A stretch of 64,000 nt of DNA from Myxococcota bacterium (lineage in GTDB: Bacteria > Myxococcota_A > UBA796 > CAJQPC01), in assembly GCA_036229005.1 (NCBI GenBank), contig JAZAMN010000021.1, forward strand, positions 21,680-85,679, given 5' to 3'. Shown here in pieces: positions 28,913 through 37,936 of the stretch (position 1 is the first letter of the stretch; each line of letters opens with the position of its first letter). The notes beneath the pieces were generated by a model that saw nothing but the letters and a program-made list of their open reading frames with translations, was not told the origin of the DNA and did not search any database. The position numbers were made by a program, and so were the translations under genes.

Positions 28913-29499
28913 TGCCCGTGTTGATCGGAAGCGGTGGTCTGGTTGAGGACAGCTGCGGCAATTGGGTGTATCGCCCCTCGGCAGACCTGACTGACTGGTC
29001 CAAGCGAGGTCACTGGTTGGCGGAGAAGGCGCTGGCCTTCCTCCCGCTCTTCAACGGCTTCGCTCGTGTCTCGGCCTTGGAGATCGGCAACCGGGGTCCG
29101 GTCGAGCCAGCGCTCAGCTTTGTACCTGGACAGACCTGGGGTGTTGTGCACTCCCTCTTGCGGAGCGACTCCAAGGTCCATGACCTGACCTTCTGGCTCG
29201 CCTTGAAGGTGGTAGATGGCGCGGCCCAGGAGACCGAGGTGGAGGGCTCGTGGTTTCAGATCGTCGTTTATGAGTCGCCCTTCGAGGTGGATGTGTCCCT
29301 GGTGCTCCACTGCAACGCCTACGCAGGGCGGGGAGCGCTGCTTCCGGCTGACGTGGTCAAGGAGAACAACCGTCGGCTCACGGCCTTCTTGGAGCGCGTG
29401 GAGCAGGTCCCGGGGCTGGAGTTTGACTACGCCGAGTCCGCCGGCTTCAAGGACCGGATCCACAGATACGGCTTCCACCCCAAGGCTCCCGAGACCTGA
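28912..29499 (+). CDS. Putative immunity protein (family B)
   Basis: TGATG-coupled ORF in the toxin-downstream array. Confidence 0.6.
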   Translation: MPVLIGSGGLVEDSCGNWVYRPSADLTDWSKRGHWLAEKALAFLPLFNGFARVSALEIGNRGPVEPALSFVPGQTWGVVHSLLRSDSKVHDLTFWLALKVVDGAAQETEVEGSWFQIVVYESPFEVDVSLVLHCNAYAGRGALLPADVVKENNRRLTAFLERVEQVPGLEFDYAESAGFKDRIHRYGFHPKAPET

Positions 29500-30722
29500 T
29501 GGCTCGGACTCTCCAGAGTAGGCGCATGACCGCCTACGCCGGCCCCTTGGTCCCGCTCCCCCGGGAACGGGCGGTGCCAGGCCCCTTCGCTGCGCCCCAG
29601 CGCACCTGGCGCGGACGGTGCCTCCCGGCCCCTGGTCAGTCGAGCGATACGGAGTGGGAGACCCTTGAGTCGGCGCTCGCCAGCGCTGCAGCCAGTGGCT
29701 CGGTCCTCTTCCTCCTGGGCCACCGCGGGGTGATGCTGCAGGAGCTGGGGAGACTCCTGGACCAACACGGTCCGGGACGCGCCAGCCTTCGGCCTGGGGT
29801 CCACCGGAAGCTGCCTTGGATCAAAGCGGGCGGATTCTGGGTGGACGTGGAGGTACGCGACCCCGAGCGTGCGCTGACGCTCCTTCTGGCCGGTGGGCAG
29901 CTCGCGCTGGGGAGGGACTCGGACGCCCTGCGGGAGCTGCTTCGCGACCGACGGCCCGACCTGGAGGCGCTCCACGCCGCCTTGCAGGGAGCCTGGCTGC
30001 TGTCGTGGCACCAAGGCTTGTGCATCGAGTCCGCGGAGCCTCTCGAATCCAGCCGGAACCTCCCGCTGGAGGCCTGGTTTCGCGATCCTGCCAACAGGCG
30101 GATCGAGCGAGAGGGGGGCTGGGTCGTCTTGGATGAAGGACCGCTTCCTGGCTTGGAGCGTGGGTTGCGCGTCAAGTTGCGCGGACGACGTTGGTTGGAC
30201 GAGGAGGGCCTCGCATTCTTGGCGCCCTCGGCTCTTTGGTGCCAGCAGCCGGCCCCTTCCCGCGCCCTGCCTTCAGTTCAGGAGCTGGACTTCCTGGGCG
30301 AGGTGGATCTCCAGCTCTTCCCGAATCTCCGGGTGCTCAGGGGAGGGCCCTTCCGCGCCGCCCAGGTCTCGCGCCTGCCCCTGCTCGAGGACCTGGAGGG
30401 CAGCCTGGACACCGACGACTACCGCGCGCTCCTGGGACCGCCGCTTCGGCGCCTCTCGGCGCCCACTCCCCGTGACCTGGAGTGGGTCGCGGAGTGCCCC
30501 ACTCTGCGCTGCCTGCTCGTTCCCGACCACCCCGTGGCGCTGAATCCGCTGCGGGGGACGCCCTTGGAAGAGGTGGGGATTCATGCGGAGGGGCTCAGTG
30601 AGCAAGCGTTGGTCTCCGTGTTCTCGGAGCTGCCCCAGCTTCGGATGTTGTGGCTGCGAAACCCCACGCAGGATCTGGACAGGCTCTCTGCTGCCCTGGG
30701 CGTATGCGTGCGAGAGGGATGA
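29499..30722 (+). CDS. Leucine-rich-repeat-containing protein, putative immunity
   Basis: FPNLRVL, LPLLEDL, CPTLRCL, LPQLRMLWL repeats. Confidence 0.6.
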   Translation: MARTLQSRRMTAYAGPLVPLPRERAVPGPFAAPQRTWRGRCLPAPGQSSDTEWETLESALASAAASGSVLFLLGHRGVMLQELGRLLDQHGPGRASLRPGVHRKLPWIKAGGFWVDVEVRDPERALTLLLAGGQLALGRDSDALRELLRDRRPDLEALHAALQGAWLLSWHQGLCIESAEPLESSRNLPLEAWFRDPANRRIEREGGWVVLDEGPLPGLERGLRVKLRGRRWLDEEGLAFLAPSALWCQQPAPSRALPSVQELDFLGEVDLQLFPNLRVLRGGPFRAAQVSRLPLLEDLEGSLDTDDYRALLGPPLRRLSAPTPRDLEWVAECPTLRCLLVPDHPVALNPLRGTPLEEVGIHAEGLSEQALVSVFSELPQLRMLWLRNPTQDLDRLSAALGVCVREG

Positions 30723-30728
30723 CCGGCG

Positions 30729-31088
30729 ATGCTTGAACGAGATGGGCGAGAGGCAGGTGTGCGGACGGAGCTCGAGACGGCGGTGTTCTCCGTGATCTGG
30801 CTGGAGTACGAAGCGGACTCCCTCCCCCAGGGAGGGGGCCTGCTAGGTGGTCGCGAACTCCGAGCGGAGGGGGAGAGACTCGCTGGCTTCATCCGCTCGA
30901 GTGTGGGGAGTGAGCGGTGCGGAGACGCCGCGCTGTTCCTGCTGTGGCTCGCAGATGAGGAGTTTGGGCCCTGGATGATGGACTTGGTCCGACGCACTCG
31001 CTTTGACTGGAGGGAGGATGCAGAGTGGCTGGCGGAGTTGGTATTGGTTCTGAGGGCCACAGCGGCTGCACTGCGGGGGATGGCCTGA
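30729..31088 (+). CDS. Short paralog of the immunity family A C-terminus
   Basis: LVRRTRFDWREDAEW versus LSRRSGFDWQTDGRW in 27857-28540. Confidence 0.5.
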   Translation: MLERDGREAGVRTELETAVFSVIWLEYEADSLPQGGGLLGGRELRAEGERLAGFIRSSVGSERCGDAALFLLWLADEEFGPWMMDLVRRTRFDWREDAEWLAELVLVLRATAAALRGMA

Positions 31089-31209
31089 CAAGCTTCGGGT
31101 CTCTGGTCTGGAGTTCGACCACGCCGAGTCGAACGTGGACCATGGAGCACTCAGACAGCAAAGGGGACGGCGCAGATGTCGGCTGGCAAGGTCTTGATGT
31201 GAGGCGTGC

Positions 31210-31773
31210 ATGAATGAATGGAAGGATCTCTCCCGAGGTGCCCTGCTGGCCGGTCTGGCAGCCCTCGTTGAGGGCGTGGCCCGGCCGCTGCCTGAGTCAC
31301 CGGTGCGGGCGGCTGCGCTGGCGGCGGTCGAGGCAGTCTGGGGGTGGCTGGACGCCCCGGAGCGCCCCGAGACCGAGGCTCCGACGCTCGCTCAGGCCCA
31401 AGCAATGGCGTCCTCCCGGCTCTACCGCGCGCACGTCCCAGGACTGCTGTCGCTGACCTCCACGGTCGCCCGGAGCTCCCGGGAGTACGCTGCGATCGGC
31501 GCGACGTACCAGATCCTGTGCTTCGTGGTGTTACAGATCGACGCGGCAGAGGGGGCGTGGTGCCCGGGCAAGCCCAACGTGTTGCCCTCGGATGTCGTCG
31601 AGGCCAACTGGGACTCCCTCGAGGAGGGCCTCTCCTGGTGTCGGAAGGCCGCGGTGGACCCGGCGACCGAGCGGGTGCGTCAGCAGGAGCTGGTCCAGGC
31701 GCTCGCCGCCGACTTCCCGAACGCGCGGCAGCCCCTCGGGGCGGTCCCGAGGCGTGCTGACCTGGCCCTCTGA
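31210..31773 (+). CDS. Putative immunity protein (Imm6-like)
   Basis: Helical; AVEAVWGWL and LPSDVVE motifs; last gene of the array. Confidence 0.45.
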   Translation: MNEWKDLSRGALLAGLAALVEGVARPLPESPVRAAALAAVEAVWGWLDAPERPETEAPTLAQAQAMASSRLYRAHVPGLLSLTSTVARSSREYAAIGATYQILCFVVLQIDAAEGAWCPGKPNVLPSDVVEANWDSLEEGLSWCRKAAVDPATERVRQQELVQALAADFPNARQPLGAVPRRADLAL

Positions 31774-31777
31774 GCCC

Positions 31778-33973
31778 TCAAGCCACCAGTCGGGCGCGGG
31801 CCGCCTGGGCGTGGGGCAGCCACAGCTTCCAGTGGCTGCCTTCGCCCGGCTCGGAGCGCACCGAGATGGCGCCGCCCAGGGCCTTGACCTCGTCCAGGAC
31901 CGCGGCCATCCCGACGCCGCGGCCGCTGGTCTCGGAGACCTGCTCGCGGCTGCTCAGGCCGTCGGCGAACAGCGCGGCGAAATGGTCCAGAGGGGTATCG
32001 GCGGGGAGCCCGGCCTGGGCGGCCCGCTGGGCGATGCGCTCCCAGGCGATGCCGGAGCCGTCGTCCTGGATCTCCAGGCACAGGCCCTGCTGGGGGACGG
32101 TCCCCAACACCAGCGCCTCGGAGGGGGCGCCCCGGTAGGGGCTCAGGCGCATGCGCAGGGTGCCCTGGGCGGGCTTGCCGGCCTGGGCGCGGCCCTCGGC
32201 GTCCTCCAGGCCGTGGTCCACCGCGTTGCGTACCAGGTGCACCAGGCTGGACCACAGCTCGCTGTAGGTCTCCCGGTCCAGGCGGAAGCCACCCGCGTTG
32301 ACCTCGACGGTGGGCAGAGGCTTCCCGAGCTTCCGCGCCAGCTCGCTGGCGCTGCGTCCCAGGTGGTCCAGGCGGTTGACCACGCGCTCCCCAGAGAGCC
32401 GCTCCAGCTCCTCCTCCACCCGGGCAGAGGAGACCCCGCTGCGGAGGAGGTGGCGCAGGCCCTGCAGCTCCTGGGCGTCGATGACCAGGCCGCCCGCGCT
32501 GTGTTCGCCGGCCAGGGTGCGCACCTCGGTGGTGAAGGCGCTCCAGTCCGCGGCGAGCTGGTCCAGGGTCTGCTCGCTGACGGGCTCGCCGTCGATGTAC
32601 TGCTGCTCCAGGGCGTGGCAGCGGGTGGCCCAGCGCTCCAGGCCGTAGATGCCGGCGTTGCCCTTGAGGGTGTGGAGCTGCCGCTGGGTGACCGCGTCGT
32701 CGCCGGAGTCCGCGCGCAGGGACGCGACGATCCCGCTGGCCTCGTCCAGGAAGGAGGAGAAGGCCTCCCGGTCGCGCATCAGGTGCTGGAACACCGCCAG
32801 GCGCTCGCGCTGTACGGACTCCTTTCGCCTCTGCTCCACCTCCGAGGTCACGTCGGTGATGACCGCCAACATGCCCTGGAGCTGCTCGCCGTCCAGCAGG
32901 GGCTTGAAGCTGAGGGTGAAGTGGGCGTCGTCGAGCTGGAGCTCCTGGGGGAGCTGCTCGATGGCCATCTCCAGGGGGAGGAAGCCGTCGGTCAGGGACT
33001 CCCAGCACAGGCTGAACCACTCGCCGGCCTTGGGATCCAGGCGGCTCAGGCGCCCGCCCAGGGTCTCGCCCTCGGTGGGCTGCCCCAGCATGGCGTCGAA
33101 GGCGGCGGAGCGCTCCTCGGCCAGCACGCCCTCGGGACTCAGGCTCACCAGCCCCTGGTCGACGTTGTCGAGCACAAGGCGCATCGCGGCGTTGCGCTGG
33201 TCCAGGTCGCGGGTGCGCTGTCGGACGCGCTCCTCCAGCTTCTCCTGGTGGGCGACCAGCTCGGCGTCGCGCTCCTGGATGCCCTCCAGCATGGCGTTGA
33301 AGGTGCCGGCCAGCTCGCCGAACTCGTCCTGGTTCTCCAGGACCACGCGCACGCTGTAGTCGCCCTCCTCGCTGACCTTGTGGGCGCCCTGCACCAGGCG
33401 GTCGATGGGCCCGGTGATCAGGCGCTGCACGAGCACCGCCAGCAGGGTCACCAGCAGCGAGGTCACGATCAGCACCTTGAGGGCGATCCCGGCCATGTCC
33501 TCGGAGCGGGCCTGCAGGTCGGTGGTGGAGAGCTGGATGACCAGGTCACCGACCTGACCTCCCTGACCCTTCACGGGGGCGTGGATGGTGAGCACGCCGT
33601 CGTGGTAGCCCTGGATGGGGTCCAGGGTCTCGGGGGCCGCGCTGCCCTCCTCGGGCCAGGCGGCGAGCAGGGTGCCGTCGGTCTTCTCGTCCTTGGGGGT
33701 GTGCAGGTAGATGCCGGCCCACTGGGCGGTGGGCTCAGCGGAGAGCGTGTCGAGCACGTAGATGGCGGACTTTGTGTCCTGGAAAGCCGTGGGGCCCGCG
33801 GCCGCGCCGGCGATGGCCGCGCCGAGCACGTCCATCGTCTGGTGCTTGGCCTGCGCGGAGCTCTGGCTGTCGTAGCGGATGAACGCCACGCAGACCGCGC
33901 CGATGGACAGGGTCGAGACGCCCACCAGCAGGGCGAGCATCTTGCTGCGGACCTTGAGCTTTCCCAGGAACAT
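31778..33973 (-). CDS. Membrane CheA-like kinase (sensor-HAMP-PAS-Hpt-HATPase, no CheW)
   Basis: LHTLKGNAG (Hpt), LVHLVRNAVDHG, DDGSG, SGRGVGM. Confidence 0.88.
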   Translation of the reverse strand: MFLGKLKVRSKMLALLVGVSTLSIGAVCVAFIRYDSQSSAQAKHQTMDVLGAAIAGAAAGPTAFQDTKSAIYVLDTLSAEPTAQWAGIYLHTPKDEKTDGTLLAAWPEEGSAAPETLDPIQGYHDGVLTIHAPVKGQGGQVGDLVIQLSTTDLQARSEDMAGIALKVLIVTSLLVTLLAVLVQRLITGPIDRLVQGAHKVSEEGDYSVRVVLENQDEFGELAGTFNAMLEGIQERDAELVAHQEKLEERVRQRTRDLDQRNAAMRLVLDNVDQGLVSLSPEGVLAEERSAAFDAMLGQPTEGETLGGRLSRLDPKAGEWFSLCWESLTDGFLPLEMAIEQLPQELQLDDAHFTLSFKPLLDGEQLQGMLAVITDVTSEVEQRRKESVQRERLAVFQHLMRDREAFSSFLDEASGIVASLRADSGDDAVTQRQLHTLKGNAGIYGLERWATRCHALEQQYIDGEPVSEQTLDQLAADWSAFTTEVRTLAGEHSAGGLVIDAQELQGLRHLLRSGVSSARVEEELERLSGERVVNRLDHLGRSASELARKLGKPLPTVEVNAGGFRLDRETYSELWSSLVHLVRNAVDHGLEDAEGRAQAGKPAQGTLRMRLSPYRGAPSEALVLGTVPQQGLCLEIQDDGSGIAWERIAQRAAQAGLPADTPLDHFAALFADGLSSREQVSETSGRGVGMAAVLDEVKALGGAISVRSEPGEGSHWKLWLPHAQAARARLVA

Positions 33974-34429
33974 CAGTTGATCTCCAGCACGCGGATGCCG
34001 TCGTTCTCGATCTTCCAGGCCTCACTGGCCAACATGAAACCGATGGCGCCGGGCTGGGACTGGACCATGTTGGCGACCTGGTCCGCGCTGCTGGCCGAGG
34101 CCGGGGCCACACCCTGGCCCGAGGAGCTGCTTGGCGGACCAGTGGCTGTCGTAGCGCTGGCTGCTCATGCCCACGACGTCGTAGAAGGCCGAGCTCGCGC
34201 CGGAGCCGTCGTCGCGCACCACGAGCTGCACCGGGACCACGCCGTTCCAGAAGGCGGTGTTGCCCAGGTAGAGGCTCTTGACCTCGCCCTTGGACAGGGT
34301 CTGTGTGGGGTTGTGGGCGTTCAGCACGACCACGAGGTCGTCGCCGCCGGTGGCGTTCGCCAGGGGGGCCGCGGTCAGCAGCCCCAGACCCAGGACGGTG
34401 AGAGAGAGCGTGTTCTTGAATCCGGTCAT
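33973..34429 (-). pseudogene. Small phosphate-binding-like periplasmic protein with +1 frameshift
   Basis: Span is 457 nt (3n+1); removing one C near 34124 gives KQLSGQGVAP...PGAIGF...IRVLEIN*, coupled to the kinase ATG. Confidence 0.75.
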
Positions 34430-34437
34430 CGTCTTCC

Positions 34438-35709
34438 TCAGTCCTGGAGCTGCCACATGTAGGAGACCGAGACGCGCCCTTCCGGGTAGAAGACCGTCTC
34501 ACCGTTGTACTGGTGGTGGTGCGCGCTGCCGTCCAATTTCATGGCGACCTGGGGGACCGGCCGCAGCACCACGCCGGCGGTGTACTTGTAGAAGGCGCCG
34601 TCATCGGACAGGCCGGCCTCGCCGTCCCCGCCCAGGCTCTTGGACGCCACGATCTCGGGGTTCGAGAAGTAGTCGGTCTGCAGGTAGGGCGTGATGGACC
34701 GGTTCTCGCCGATGGCGATCTGGTACCCGGCCCGGATGTAGCTGGCGCGCACGATGTACTCCGCCTGGGTGCGCACGCCCTTGGTGGGGTCGCCGCCGGT
34801 GAAGAAGCGCTCCATCTGGGCCTCGCTGAGGCCACCATCGGCCATGGCCATCACGGCGTCCTCGTCCCGGGTGCCGGAGTGGTGGGCCTGCCAGTACTCG
34901 GTCTGGACGGTGAGCCCGCCGCGGTTGAGCTGGGCGTAGCCGCCGTAGACCTGGTAGCGGTCCTCGGCCATCCAGTTCGCGACGCCGCCGCGGGGGGAGC
35001 CCTCGCCGACCGCCCGGCTGGGGGTGGCCGCGCCGCCGGTGGTGTAGAAGCTGCTGCCCAGCTTGAGGACGCCGCCCAGGTCGATGTTCGCGTCCGCGCC
35101 CAGGGGGATTGCGCCTGCGGCCCGCTCGTCGTTGCCGGTGGTGACCGACCAGTTCAGGGTGGTCGCGCCGACGGGGACCGCGCCGAACACCATGAGGTTG
35201 GTGGTGCGCGTGACCATCAGGTGGTCCTTGTCGAAGATCTCCGGGGGCTCGATGCCGATGAAGGTGGGCGTGGCGTCGAGGATCTCGTTGTAGAGGCCAA
35301 AGCGCCGGTACATCTTGCCCGCCCGGAAGGCCAGGTAGCCGCCCGCCAGGGGGGCCTCGACCCAGGCGTTCCGGATGCTCAGGGGGGCGTCCGAGGTGCT
35401 GCCGCCAGACCCGGGCGAGGCCAGGTTGAAGAACACCTTGTAGCGCCCGTGCAGGGTGCTCTGCCCCATGACGTTGAAGTTCAGGACGTCGAACTCATAG
35501 GGGTTCTCTTCCCAGACCGTGTTGCCCTGGTCGTCCACGCCGGCTGGGGTCTGGGACACCTTCTCCGTGTAGGCGTCCACGAAGCCGTAGATCCGGGTGT
35601 CGAAGGTCTTGGGCTTGTAGTTGCCCCAGCCGCCGGCATCCTGGGCCAGTGCGGTCCCGGGCAGGACCAGCAGCCCGAGGCCGGCTGCGATGAGAGAGAG
35701 ACGACGCAT
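34438..35709 (-). CDS. Outer-membrane beta-barrel (porin-like)
   Basis: Signal peptide, IYGFVD, RAGK.YRRFGLYNE, amphipathic strands, terminal aromatic strand. Confidence 0.75.
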   Translation of the reverse strand: MRRLSLIAAGLGLLVLPGTALAQDAGGWGNYKPKTFDTRIYGFVDAYTEKVSQTPAGVDDQGNTVWEENPYEFDVLNFNVMGQSTLHGRYKVFFNLASPGSGGSTSDAPLSIRNAWVEAPLAGGYLAFRAGKMYRRFGLYNEILDATPTFIGIEPPEIFDKDHLMVTRTTNLMVFGAVPVGATTLNWSVTTGNDERAAGAIPLGADANIDLGGVLKLGSSFYTTGGAATPSRAVGEGSPRGGVANWMAEDRYQVYGGYAQLNRGGLTVQTEYWQAHHSGTRDEDAVMAMADGGLSEAQMERFFTGGDPTKGVRTQAEYIVRASYIRAGYQIAIGENRSITPYLQTDYFSNPEIVASKSLGGDGEAGLSDDGAFYKYTAGVVLRPVPQVAMKLDGSAHHHQYNGETVFYPEGRVSVSYMWQLQD

Positions 35710-35780
35710 GGAGTCCTCCGCTGGAGAGGACATCGAAACTTTCGCGTGAACCCTTGAGGCCCCGGCGTGACTGTCTCAGG

Positions 35781-36734
35781 TCAGTCGCAGACTGAAATCC
35801 TCTGAAATCCGCTCAGCCAGCGCATCGGACGGAGCAGCGCTTCTTGGTGCGCGTCCCCAAAACGCTCGGGATCCCGCTGCGCCAGGATGGCCCCCCGGCC
35901 CTTGGGCACCCCGTTGACCTCGATGACAACCGGCCCGTGCTGACCCAGCAGCAGGTCCACCCCCAGCTCGGCGGTGTGGTCGTCAGCCAGCGCAGCGGCG
36001 GCCTGGATCGCGAGCCTCTCCATCTCCTCGTACTGGGCCTGGGGGAGTCGGTCGCAAGCGGGCTCTGCGGCGGCCCCCAGATCCACGTTCACCACCGGGG
36101 ACCCACCCACCCGCGCCACGATCGGACACACCGTCCACCCCGACGAGGTCATGCTGGTGGCCTCCGGCGTCCGCTGCACCAAGGCCCGGTAGGACACGAA
36201 GGGCTGGCCGGCTGGAGGGAGCACGGGGGCCTGCAGGATGGCGGGCTCGGGGTGTCCGGTGGCGCCCAGCAGGGTGGGGGGGAGCGCGTCACCGGGGAGC
36301 ACGTGGCGCACGCCGCGGCCCAACCCGCCGTAGCGGGGCTTGAGGAAGCCGCCGCCCCACTGCGCCAGGAGGTCTTGGCTGGGGGTTTCGCTCACGGGGG
36401 GCATGGGCACGCCGGCGGCCTCAAGCGCGCGCTGGGTGGCGAGCTTGTCCCGGCACAGGGCCTGGACAGCGGGGGAGTTGACCACCGGCACGCCGGGGAA
36501 GCGGGCCAGGGCGGCCTGGTAGTCGCTGGGGTGGGTCCAGCTCGGGTAGCGGTCGAAGATGGCGACGGGAGTGTCTGTGCAGGCGGTCCAGCCTCCGGGC
36601 ACCGCACGCAGGTCTCCAAAGCGCAGGCGGATGCCTTGGGGCTCCAGGGCCAGGGCGGCGCGGCCCATCGGCCAGGCCTCGGGGGGCGGGGGCGCGCCAG
36701 GGCGGGGGCGGGTGAGGACCAGGATGCAGGGCAT
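35781..36734 (-). CDS. ATP-grasp enzyme (YheC/YheD/RimK-like)
   Basis: CRDK, FLKPRYGGLGRGV, RALVQR, ELGVDLL, IEVNGVP. Confidence 0.8.
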   Translation of the reverse strand: MPCILVLTRPRPGAPPPPEAWPMGRAALALEPQGIRLRFGDLRAVPGGWTACTDTPVAIFDRYPSWTHPSDYQAALARFPGVPVVNSPAVQALCRDKLATQRALEAAGVPMPPVSETPSQDLLAQWGGGFLKPRYGGLGRGVRHVLPGDALPPTLLGATGHPEPAILQAPVLPPAGQPFVSYRALVQRTPEATSMTSSGWTVCPIVARVGGSPVVNVDLGAAAEPACDRLPQAQYEEMERLAIQAAAALADDHTAELGVDLLLGQHGPVVIEVNGVPKGRGAILAQRDPERFGDAHQEALLRPMRWLSGFQRISVCD

Positions 36735-36801
36735 GGGGGATCCCTATTCCGGGATTGCGACTCCTGGGCTGTGTGCGCATCCCTGCCCCAAAGGAGAGAC
36801 G

Positions 36802-37635
36802 ATGCTCTGGCTGCTGCTGGCCTGTACCGAGGCCCCCCAGGACACCCAGGACAGCGGGGTGCAGGCCCTGGAGCGGGTGCAGGATCTGGACTTCTTGTCC
36901 CAGGTGGTGGGTGACCCTGGCTACCAGATCGTGGACGTGCGCAGCCCCGAGGAGTTCGCCGCGGGCCACGTCCCCGGCGCGCTGAACCTGTACTGGGAGG
37001 ACCTGCGCGGAGAGACGGATGGGCTCACGGGCATGGTGGCCGACAGCGCGACAGTGACCGCTGCTGCCCAGGCAGGGGGACTGAGGACCGACGCGGTGCC
37101 GGTGGTCTACGGGGGGCGCGGCGGCCGCGACGCGGGGCGCTTTGTGTGGACGCTGGACCACTACGGCGACGACCGCGCGCTGGTGGTCGACGGCGGCTGG
37201 ATCGCCTGGGACCTGGAGGGCCTGGAGCAGGAGGCGGGCGCCTGGAGTGGGGACCCCGGCGACTGGAGCGCGGCGGGCCCGGTGGACCGGGTGCTGGCCG
37301 AGTCCGACTGGATCCGGGACAACCTGGACAACCCCGACGTGGTGGTGCTCGACGTGCGCGCCCCCGACGAGTACGCCGCGGGCCACATCCCCGGCGCGCT
37401 GAACGTGGAGTGGAGCGAGAACGTGGATCTGGACACCGGCCTCTGGCTTCCGGATTCCGAGCTCCAGGCGCTCTACGCGGACATCGACAAGGACGCGACC
37501 GTCGTGGTCACCTGCCGGTCCGGCGCACGCGCAGGCATGGGCTACGTCGTGCTCCCGCACCTGGGCTTCTCGGACGTGCGGCTGCACGACGGGAGCTGGA
37601 AGCAGTGGGAGGCCGGGGACTACCCCGTGGAATAG
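36802..37635 (+). CDS. Tandem-rhodanese sulfurtransferase, lipoprotein
   Basis: MLWLLLAC; two DVR...E...GH(V/I)PGA; CRSGARA active loop; DGSW. Confidence 0.9.
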   Translation: MLWLLLACTEAPQDTQDSGVQALERVQDLDFLSQVVGDPGYQIVDVRSPEEFAAGHVPGALNLYWEDLRGETDGLTGMVADSATVTAAAQAGGLRTDAVPVVYGGRGGRDAGRFVWTLDHYGDDRALVVDGGWIAWDLEGLEQEAGAWSGDPGDWSAAGPVDRVLAESDWIRDNLDNPDVVVLDVRAPDEYAAGHIPGALNVEWSENVDLDTGLWLPDSELQALYADIDKDATVVVTCRSGARAGMGYVVLPHLGFSDVRLHDGSWKQWEAGDYPVE

Positions 37636-37642
37636 GCCCGCT

Positions 37643-37936
37643 GGGGGTGGCTACGCGGGCCCAATGAGCGGGTGGGGGAGGCTACGGCCGCTGGATGAGC
37701 GGTCCTCTGAGGCTAGGGCCCACCAGTGATCGTTTTGGCCACCGATCCGGCCCTCTGGGGAGGGTTTTGGGCCGGTTCTGGCCTGGATCCGGCCCCAAGG
37801 GGGCACATTCGGTGCCCTCAGCGCTCACCGAGACCCCGTAGCCTCGGCGAGGCGCTCACTCAGGTGCCGTAGCCACCCCCGTGCGCTCACTCAGGTGCCG
37901 TAGCCACGCCCGCCCGCTCACTCAGACCGGGTAGCC
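37643..37936. repeat. Inverted array of GGCTAC-N10-TGAGCG motifs with 31-bp period (3 + 4 copies)
   Basis: Forward copies at 37649, 37680, 37711; reverse copies at 37822, 37853, 37884, 37915. Confidence 0.85.

Noticed and set aside
31592..34462. Long antisense or alternate-frame ORFs (also 38149-41199, 53542-56478 and others)
   Set aside because: Typical high-GC shadow ORFs opposite well-supported genes
35781..36734. ATP-grasp RiPP (graspetide) cluster
   Set aside because: No precursor peptide or transporter adjacent
37643..37936. CRISPR array
   Set aside because: Units are only 31 bp in total, occur in both orientations, have no unique 30-40-nt spacers, and no cas genes are in the window
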